A stretch of 64,000 bases of DNA. It comes from Clostridiales bacterium DTU073 (GTDB taxonomy: Bacteria; Bacillota; Peptococcia; DRI-13; DTU073). Position 1 is the first letter of the stretch; every line of letters starts with the position of its first letter. Shown one piece after another: positions 57,784-64,000 of this stretch. The stretch lies in assembly GCA_001512665.1 (NCBI GenBank), contig LFSF01000025.1, positions 3,926 to 67,925 of the forward strand, given 5' to 3'. The translations under genes and the position numbers were made by a program. Below the pieces are notes generated by a model. It was not told where the DNA came from. It did no database searches and saw nothing but the letters and a program-made list of their open reading frames with translations.

Positions 57784-58938
57784 ATGCTGCGTTTTTTGAC
57801 TGCCGGAGAATCTCATGGCAAGGCGTTAGTAGCGATTATTGAGGGACTGCCTGCAGGTCTGAAGTTGGATATTGAGAAAATAAATCTGCTCTTAAAGAGG
57901 CGACAGGGTGGTTATGGTCGCGGTAAGCGGATGTCTCTGGAGGAGGACAGAGTGGAGATTTTTTCCGGGCTGAGAGGCTCGGTTACTTTAGGCACACCCC
58001 TAACTTTGGTGATTTATAACCGGGATTGGCAGAATTGGCAGGAGGTCATGGCTCCTGATGCTGAAGCACTATTAACGGAACGTGTTGTCACCAGACCACG
58101 ACCTGGTCATGCTGATTTAGCCGGTGGTCTAAAATATCGGCAAGATGATTTACGCAATATCTTAGAAAGAGCCAGTGCTCGGGAAACGGCGGTACGAGTA
58201 GCAGTAGGAGCTGTGGCCGAACAATTGCTGTCTTTTTTCGGTATTGAAGTACAGGGTCAGGTTGTGGCCATAGGTGATGTGCAGGCAAAGAGGGAAGAAA
58301 AAATTATCGACAGTAAATTATTATATGAAAACCCAGTTTATTGCCCTGATCAGGAGGCCTCTTTATTAATGGTCAAGGCTATTGAGGAGGCTAAAAAAAG
58401 AGGCGATTCCTTGGGCGGGGTAATTCAGGTTATTGCGGAAGGGGTTCCTGTGGGTCTAGGTTCTCATGTGCATTGGGATCGCCGCCTTGATGGGCAATTA
58501 GCTCAAGCCTTGATGAGTATTCCGTCAAGCAAAGGCGTGGAGATTGGTAGTGGCTTTGCAGCGGCTACTTTATTTGGCTCACAGCTGCATGATGAAATAA
58601 CATATCAACAGGGGGAAGGTTTTGGTCATCGTACTAATCATGCCGGCGGGATCGAAGGAGGAATAACTAACGGGGAGACGGTAGTCGTCAGAGCAGCGAT
58701 GAAACCGATACCGACCCTGGCCCAGCCTTTAGCAAGTGTGGACTGGCAGACCAAAGAAGCTATTACGGCAGCTGTAGAGCGTGCCGATGTTTGTGCTGTA
58801 CCTGCGGCGGCGGTAGTAGCTGAAGCGATTACTGCTTGGGTATTAGCGTCTGTAATGATGGAGAAATTTGGCGGTGATCATTTAGAGGAGACACTGTCTA
58901 ATTTTGAAAATTATTTGCAGTATCTTCAAACTAAATAA
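57784..58938 (+). CDS. aroC: Chorismate synthase
   Basis: Motifs LRFLTAGESHG, RRQGGYGRG, RPGHAD and SARETA. Confidence 0.95.
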   Translation: MLRFLTAGESHGKALVAIIEGLPAGLKLDIEKINLLLKRRQGGYGRGKRMSLEEDRVEIFSGLRGSVTLGTPLTLVIYNRDWQNWQEVMAPDAEALLTERVVTRPRPGHADLAGGLKYRQDDLRNILERASARETAVRVAVGAVAEQLLSFFGIEVQGQVVAIGDVQAKREEKIIDSKLLYENPVYCPDQEASLLMVKAIEEAKKRGDSLGGVIQVIAEGVPVGLGSHVHWDRRLDGQLAQALMSIPSSKGVEIGSGFAAATLFGSQLHDEITYQQGEGFGHRTNHAGGIEGGITNGETVVVRAAMKPIPTLAQPLASVDWQTKEAITAAVERADVCAVPAAAVVAEAITAWVLASVMMEKFGGDHLEETLSNFENYLQYLQTK

Positions 58939-59002
58939 TTTTAGCCCGTTTCTTTTAAGTTTTTTAAATCTAAGTTGTTCATGATTGTTCAGAGGTGGTT
59001 TA

Positions 59003-60106
59003 ATGAAAGAGGGTTTGCGGAAAATTGAAATTGACCTGGGGGAGAGAAGTTATTCCATTTACTTGGGGTATGATCTTTTGCCTCAGCGTATTGCTGATTT
59101 AGCAGGTTTTTCCCGTGAAAAAGAAGTCTTTATCATTAGTGATACACAGGTAAATAGTTTCTATGGCAAAAGGTTAGAGGATTTACTGCTCCAGCAAGGT
59201 TATCAGCCCTCTTTTTATTTAATTAAGCCGGGAGAAGAGGCCAAGACTTGGGATAATGCGGAAAAAATCCTTGATGTGATGCTGACTAAGAATCTGAGCC
59301 GCAAAGTGCCATTATTAGCTTTAGGCGGGGGAGTAGTTGGGGATTTAGCGGGATTTGTGGCTGCTTTATACAAAAGGGGGATTCCCTTTATTCAAATTCC
59401 TACTACACTTTTAGCACAGGTAGACAGTAGTGTAGGCGGCAAGGTTGCAGTTAATCACTCCCGCGGTAAAAATTTACTAGGAACTTTTTATCAACCGCGG
59501 GCAGTTTGGGCTGATTTAATGACCTTAGAAACGTTATCAATGCGTGAATGGAGAGCAGGACTGGCAGAAGTGTTGAAATATGCCCTTTTAGACGGTCGGG
59601 AGTTCTTTCTTTTTTTACAGGAAAATGCTGAGGCAATATTAGAAAAAAAGCCTGCGGTAATCTTGTCAATGATTGAACAATGTATTTTAATTAAAGCTGA
59701 AATCGTTCAAAAAGATGAACGAGATGAAGGGTTGCGTAATATTTTAAATTTAGGACATACCTTTGGACATGCTCTGGAAAAAGCGACGAACTTTCAGAAG
59801 TATCGGCACGGTGAGGCAGTTGCCGTTGGTCTGGTTGCAGCTTTAAAATTGGCGGAAGCATTGCAAATGATTAATTCCGTCGTAGTTGCAGAAGTGCTCT
59901 GTTTAATGCAAAAGTGGGGATTACCGTTCAGCTTCTCTTCTGCTCTTGTGGATGATGTTTTAAGATTTTTACCTGCTGATAAAAAGGTAGAGAATCAGGA
60001 AGTACACTTTATTCTTCCGATGGGTATTGGGGAAGTTGTGGCGAAAAAAGGGATACCTATGGAGATAGTAGGAGATGTTCTTAAACAAATAAGCGATATC
60101 GTTTAA
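59003..60106 (+). CDS. aroB: 3-dehydroquinate synthase
   Basis: Motifs GGGVVGDLAGF.AA.Y.RGI.FIQIPTTLLAQVDSSVGGK and LN.GHT.GHA.E. ATG 59003 (GAGGTGG SD) is preferred over the track start at 58985. Confidence 0.93.
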   Translation: MKEGLRKIEIDLGERSYSIYLGYDLLPQRIADLAGFSREKEVFIISDTQVNSFYGKRLEDLLLQQGYQPSFYLIKPGEEAKTWDNAEKILDVMLTKNLSRKVPLLALGGGVVGDLAGFVAALYKRGIPFIQIPTTLLAQVDSSVGGKVAVNHSRGKNLLGTFYQPRAVWADLMTLETLSMREWRAGLAEVLKYALLDGREFFLFLQENAEAILEKKPAVILSMIEQCILIKAEIVQKDERDEGLRNILNLGHTFGHALEKATNFQKYRHGEAVAVGLVAALKLAEALQMINSVVVAEVLCLMQKWGLPFSFSSALVDDVLRFLPADKKVENQEVHFILPMGIGEVVAKKGIPMEIVGDVLKQISDIV

Positions 60107-60111
60107 ATAAT

Positions 60112-60146
60112 AAAAGCAGGAATTTTCTCCTGCTTTTGTTTTTTAG
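60112..60146. terminator. Bidirectional terminator between aroB (+) and the zinc-ribbon gene (-)
   Basis: AAAAGCAGGA / TCCTGCTTTT 10-bp stem, loop ATTTTC, A/T runs on both sides. Confidence 0.85.
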
Positions 60147-60167
60147 ATTATGTTTAATATTTTTGCT

Positions 60168-60461
60168 TTATAATTTTTTCAAGGTTGCTCGTGTGACAAA
60201 ATAAGCAATAAGAAAAGAAATGGGTAATCCGGCTAAAATGATAATTCCTACCCAAGTAGTACCGAGTAAATCATAGAAAAGAAAAGGTATGATTAAAAAT
60301 AATAAGAAACACCCCAGAATCACAAACCAAAATTTACTAATTGCGTTGGAATAGCGCTTTAGGTATTTTTGTGATACCTTTTTTTTGCAATGCGGACATT
60401 TGCTTGTGTTAGCTGTAATTGGTTGTTGACATTCAGGGCAGGTTAATTTAAAACCAAACAT
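60168..60461 (-). CDS. Zinc-ribbon membrane protein, function unknown
   Basis: 97 aa from ATG 60461 (GGGAGGATGG SD). CPEC...CPHC, then two TM helices. Confidence 0.55.
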   Translation of the reverse strand: MFGFKLTCPECQQPITANTSKCPHCKKKVSQKYLKRYSNAISKFWFVILGCFLLFLIIPFLFYDLLGTTWVGIIILAGLPISFLIAYFVTRATLKKL

Positions 60462-60532
60462 ACGCCATCCTCCCACTAAGTATTTAATAAATATTTCTTG
60501 AACTTTTTCTGAAATCCTTTATCTTTATGCTA

Positions 60533-60558
60533 AAAAGTAAAAATCCGCAACTGCGGAT
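60533..60558 (-). terminator. Rho-independent terminator downstream of tRNA-Pro
   Basis: On the minus strand: ATCCGCA-GT-TGCGGAT followed by TTTTTACTTTTT. Confidence 0.7.
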
Positions 60559-60570
60559 ATGATTAGCAAA

Positions 60571-60647
60571 TGGTCGGAGTAGGGAGATTTGAACTCCCGG
60601 CCTCTTGGTCCCGAACCAAGCGCGCTACCAAACTGCGCTATACCCCG
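60571..60647 (-). tRNA. tRNA-Pro (anticodon CGG)
   Basis: The minus strand reads CGGGGTATAGCGCAGTTTGGTAGCGCG-CTTGG-TTCGGGA-CCAAG-..GGGAGTTCAAATCTCCC..CCGACCA. Confidence 0.9.
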
Positions 60648-60869
60648 TCCTTATATAGATTATTGAATGAAGTTACTTTTATATTATATGAATTTTTGTG
60701 ATATAAGTCAACTAAGGAATAACTATTACTAGTAATAATACTCGTAATAAAAGATAGTGTAAGTTAATTGTAAAAGTGATGTCGGAGAAAAGATGGTTAT
60801 TATTGTAAAAATACTACTGCTTAGTGTATAATGAAAGAACATTCAAGGTTTTTCTGAGGAGGGAATGAG

Positions 60870-61418
60870 ATGGGAAACCGGCAAGAGCGCGATAACAGAT
60901 ATTTAGAAGCGCTTGAGGAAATTACCCAAAAGTTATGGAGCTGTAAAGAAAAATATAATTTAAACGAAGAAGAAAATCATCCTTCAATGCTTAGATTAAA
61001 GGTGCTGGAAGAAAAATTAACGACAGAACGCAGGCTCATTGAAGAGGTAAGTTTGCCATGTCGTTTTATTTTAGAACATTTTACTTCTTTTATGGGTAAA
61101 TCTGACCATACGGTGGGCTTTAGTATCGGACAGCAATTAGAATTAGGTCGGGGTTGTATCAATGATTTTTCTATTAACGAATGGGGTAATGTCAGCCTGG
61201 TGATAGGCAATGTTCATCTTAATTGGCGCGATCAGGATTATCAATATCTTTTTTATCCTGATAAGGTTATCTTGCGTTCGGTCGACAGAAGTAAGCCGGA
61301 AATACATTTGTCCTTTAATTTTGCTTTTAAGTATACTAAAATTCTTGACGATTTCAGAGATGTCCCCTCCGATAAACAGACATTATATTGCTATCCCGAT
61401 TTATTTGAGGAAGAATAA
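60870..61418 (+). CDS. Hypothetical 182-aa protein (N-terminal helical/coiled region, C-terminal beta-rich region), no recognisable family
   Basis: ATG preceded by GAGGAGGG, followed by a terminator. Confidence 0.55.
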   Translation: MGNRQERDNRYLEALEEITQKLWSCKEKYNLNEEENHPSMLRLKVLEEKLTTERRLIEEVSLPCRFILEHFTSFMGKSDHTVGFSIGQQLELGRGCINDFSINEWGNVSLVIGNVHLNWRDQDYQYLFYPDKVILRSVDRSKPEIHLSFNFAFKYTKILDDFRDVPSDKQTLYCYPDLFEEE

Positions 61419-61461
61419 ATTAATAATTTATTAATAAGTTTTCTTAATAAGCTTATGATAA

Positions 61462-61486
61462 GGAGACCTTCGGGTCTTCTTTTTTA
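61462..61486 (+). terminator. Rho-independent terminator after the 182-aa orphan
   Basis: GGAGACC-TTCG-GGTCTTC tetraloop hairpin followed by a T run. Confidence 0.8.
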
Positions 61487-61552
61487 TGTAATAATGCACC
61501 CTTTCTTTGCTCTTGTAATAAGCTATTAAAGGAGAAAAGGGGTGTTGGAGAT

Positions 61553-62542
61553 ATGAAAATCCTGGATTGTATTGATGCAGGTAGTGAATACTGTCCTTGT
61601 TATCTTGCTGAAACCGGTGAATGCTTGATGTGTTCCCAATTACAGGGCAAGGTTTTTTGTGATTGTATAAATTGGAAAGGTGTGTGTATATATCAGGAAT
61701 ATATTTGGAACCGTTCTTACTGTAAAGAGAATCGCCCAGTGCAAAGCTGCCGAGTTTTAAAGGTGGCTAAGGTTTCTCCCACTGTTACTTTGTTAACGTT
61801 TGAGGTTCGGAAAACCTTAGCCAGGGAACTTAATCAGCCGGGTGCCTATATTTTTATAAGTGCATGTGCAGAAACACCCTATTTTGATATACCTATGTCC
61901 ATTATGCGAGCAGACGAAAGAGCCGGAACTATTGAAGTAGCTCTCCAAAAGAAAGGTGCTAAAACTAAATTTTTTATTAAATCTATAGATGCACCGGGAA
62001 AAGAAATTTATTTACGGGGGCCGTATTGGAACGGGGTTCTGGGATTAAAGCATTTAAAGAGTTTTCAAAAAGGGAAAGCTTTATTAATTGTTAGAGGTAT
62101 AGGGCAGGCCCCTGCTTTACCTGTAGCTAAAAAGTTAGTGCAAGGCGGTAATGAAGTAGAAGTGTTTTTGGACATAGGAAAAATTAAGACAGATTTTACT
62201 GCGGAATTATTTCAACAGCTTGGCTGCAGCGTTTGCCGAATAGAGACCATAGATTTAACTAAGCGTTCTATCACTGAAGAACTTTCGTCTCAGCTTAAAG
62301 ATAGACTGCTTAATAAGGGAGTAGGGTTGATTTATAGCGGTGGCTCAGAGCTGTTGCATCAGGGGGTAGTACATCTCATTCAAGAAATGGGGCAAGATGT
62401 ACACTTTGTTTGTTCAAACAATGCTCTGCTTTGTTGTGGTGAGGGAATTTGCGGGAGTTGTCAAACTAGATTGGCGGACGGAAGCAGAGTTAAGAGTTGT
62501 AAAACGCAGTTGGATCCCATGGAAATATTCGGAAGGGGGTAA
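61553..62542 (+). CDS. PyrK/AsrB-like FAD/NAD(P)-binding, [2Fe-2S]-type electron-transfer protein with an extra N-terminal 8-Cys domain
   Basis: It has an FNR-like barrel plus Rossmann domain (LLIVRGIGQAPALPVAKKL) and a C-terminal CCGEGICGSCQ...C cluster motif as in PyrK. The first 45 aa carry C6, C14, C16, C24, C27, C36, C38 and C45. Confidence 0.7.
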   Translation: MKILDCIDAGSEYCPCYLAETGECLMCSQLQGKVFCDCINWKGVCIYQEYIWNRSYCKENRPVQSCRVLKVAKVSPTVTLLTFEVRKTLARELNQPGAYIFISACAETPYFDIPMSIMRADERAGTIEVALQKKGAKTKFFIKSIDAPGKEIYLRGPYWNGVLGLKHLKSFQKGKALLIVRGIGQAPALPVAKKLVQGGNEVEVFLDIGKIKTDFTAELFQQLGCSVCRIETIDLTKRSITEELSSQLKDRLLNKGVGLIYSGGSELLHQGVVHLIQEMGQDVHFVCSNNALLCCGEGICGSCQTRLADGSRVKSCKTQLDPMEIFGRG

Positions 62543-62547
62543 ACCCA

Positions 62548-63828
62548 TTGGCTAAAGTTGTCATTATTGGTGGAGGATGGTCCGGATGTGCGGCAGCGAT
62601 AACAGCGAAAAAAGCCGGTGCGGAAGTAGTCATCCTGGAAAAAACAGATCTGCTGCTTGGTTTGGGCAATGTAGGGGGGATAATGCGTAATAACGGGAGA
62701 TTTACCGCTGCGGAAGAATTAATTGCCTTAGGAGCAGGTGAATTAATCGCCATTACGGATCAGGCAACCAGACATAAAAATGTTAATTTCCCCGGTCATA
62801 AACATGCTTATTTATATGATGTAACCAAAGTTGAACCGCTGGTGCGTCAAAAATTATCGGAAATGGGAATTACGATTAAATTAGAAACAAGAGCTATCAA
62901 TGTAAATAAAGAAGATAAAACGTTAAAAAGTATCGTCTTAGCAGACGGTAGTGTAGAAGAGGGAGATGTATTTGTAGAAACAACAGGATCTACAGGCCCG
63001 ATGGGTAATTGTCTCCGTTATGGTAGTGGTTGTTGCATGTGTATTTTACGTTGTCCTTCCTATGGACCTCGGGTAAGCATCAGCCAACGTGCAGGTGTAG
63101 AAGACCTATTAGGACAGCGTGGTGACGAAATTTACGGGGCATATAGTGGGTCTTGTAAACTAGCCAAGAATTCATTAGGTAAAGAAATTGCGGATAAACT
63201 AGACCGTGATGGGGTTGCTATTGTTTCTATTCCTGCAGAGGATGTAAATTTGAAAAAATTAGAGTATAAAGTATGTCAGCAATATGCGTTGAAGGAGTTT
63301 GCAGAGAATATTATTCTTTTGGACACCGGTTATGCAAAATTAATGACTTCTTATTATCCGTTAGAAAAACTAAGAAAGATTCCGGGCTTTGAATTTGCCC
63401 GTTATGATGATCCTTATTCGGGCGGGAAGGGTAATTCTATTCGTTATTTATCTATGGCTCCCCGCAACAATGCTCTAAAAGTAGAGGGCTTGCAGAACCT
63501 TCTTTGCGCCGGAGAAAAGTCCGGTCTATTTGTAGGTCATACGGAAGCTATGTGTACAGGTAGTTTAGCCGGACATAATGCCGTACGTGTCTATTTAGGA
63601 ATGCCGCTGTTGGAATTACCACGGTCTTTGGCTATAGGTGATTTAATTGCTTATGCCAATGAAAAAATCAAAACTCGTGAAGGTTTGAAGAATCGTTATA
63701 CTTTTTCTGGGGGAGAATATTTTAAACAAATGGTTAACAAAGGGCTTTATACTATTGATGTAGAGGCGATAAAGCATCGTGTGGAAAGATTGGGATTAAC
63801 GGACATTTTAGGTCAAAAACTGCTTTAA
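62548..63828 (+). CDS. GidA/TrmFO-fold FAD-dependent oxidoreductase with an internal Cys cluster, function unknown
   Basis: Motifs VVIIGGGWSGCAAA..E and the C-terminal AGE.SG...GH.EA...G.LAG.NA are reminiscent of TrmFO/GidA. The internal cluster is C-x5-C-C-x-C-x3-C (GNCLRYGSGCCMCILRCPSYG). TTG start 6 nt after the upstream stop. Confidence 0.65.
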   Translation: MAKVVIIGGGWSGCAAAITAKKAGAEVVILEKTDLLLGLGNVGGIMRNNGRFTAAEELIALGAGELIAITDQATRHKNVNFPGHKHAYLYDVTKVEPLVRQKLSEMGITIKLETRAINVNKEDKTLKSIVLADGSVEEGDVFVETTGSTGPMGNCLRYGSGCCMCILRCPSYGPRVSISQRAGVEDLLGQRGDEIYGAYSGSCKLAKNSLGKEIADKLDRDGVAIVSIPAEDVNLKKLEYKVCQQYALKEFAENIILLDTGYAKLMTSYYPLEKLRKIPGFEFARYDDPYSGGKGNSIRYLSMAPRNNALKVEGLQNLLCAGEKSGLFVGHTEAMCTGSLAGHNAVRVYLGMPLLELPRSLAIGDLIAYANEKIKTREGLKNRYTFSGGEYFKQMVNKGLYTIDVEAIKHRVERLGLTDILGQKLL

Positions 63829-63848
63829 TAAAGTTAGCCAATAATGAG

Positions 63849-64000
63849 GTGAGTGAGATCGCAAAGAAAAAGAAAGAACTTACTGCACAGGATTTATTAA
63901 AAATGGAAATTGCTAAGGAGCTAGGACTTTGGGAAAAGATTGAAAAATTTGGCTGGGGTGAATTAACCGCAGAAGAATCAGGCCGCATTGGAGGAATGAT
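63849..64000 (+). CDS. Small acid-soluble spore protein, alpha/beta-type, 3' end cut by the window edge
   Basis: Not in the track because it is open at the window end. The translation ..KKKKELTAQDLLKMEIAKELGLWEKIEKFGWGELTAEESGRIGGM.. shows both conserved SASP blocks. The start is uncertain: GTG 63849 or ATC 63858, downstream of GAGGTG. Confidence 0.7.
   Translation, partial: MSEIAKKKKELTAQDLLKMEIAKELGLWEKIEKFGWGELTAEESGRIGGM

Noticed and set aside
63752-63988. 78-aa minus-strand ORF at the window end
   Set aside because: It is antisense to the 3' end of the flavoprotein gene and to the SASP gene, both of which have clear family motifs.

Overview
This window is mostly conserved core chromosome from a spore-forming, anaerobic Firmicute (Clostridia-like, moderately AT-rich by eye). 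I see no transposase, integrase, prophage, CRISPR array or recognisable defence system.

Gene content, in order:
- ArAE-type membrane protein (partial), CapA lipoprotein, S8 protease, nfo, and an nfeD/SPFH pair.
- FAD oxidoreductase, YitT, paaK plus an ACT protein, and lgt.
- The Bacillus-like block gerM-type lipoprotein / SH3b-amidase / UPF0316 / murI / rph / rdgB / yfcE-type phosphoesterase, followed by a 7-tRNA array.
- tig-clpP-clpX, a small SASP on the minus strand, then lonB-lon-engB.
- A glycine-betaine type ABC transporter.
- T-box-valS-folC.
- A SPOR-like protein and a DRTGG-DRTGG-PHP-GHKL module.
- DUF4321-maf-radC-mreBCD-PBP2-minCDE-rodA.
- A small ACT-like regulator, ferredoxin, mecA, a UgtP-like glycosyltransferase and pfkA.
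- aroF-aroA-aroE-aroC-aroB, then tRNA-Pro.
- Two orphan genes, a PyrK-like/GidA-like flavoprotein pair, and a second SASP cut by the window edge.

The ORF track misses three genes: the edge-truncated ArAE gene and both SASPs.

Features the gene list does not explain:
1. A 27-nt self-complementary unit, GTGGCA-NN-GGGACGTTTC-NNN-TGCCAC, occurs at four loci. Two loci hold it as long inverted pairs (37-bp perfect arms upstream of rph; 29-bp arms after PBP2). One copy lies inside the PBP2 reading frame.
2. The PBP2 C-terminal extension contains eight tandem 21-nt (heptapeptide) repeats that share sequence with that unit.
3. MreB carries an in-frame insertion of about 55-60 aa with W-x6-R octad repeats.
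4. The DRTGG/PHP/GHKL module has no hydrogenase operon nearby.
5. A Cys-rich two-gene flavoprotein module has no assignable function.

None of these is demonstrably a new system from sequence alone. All functional calls come from motif recognition in the supplied translations, not from database searches.
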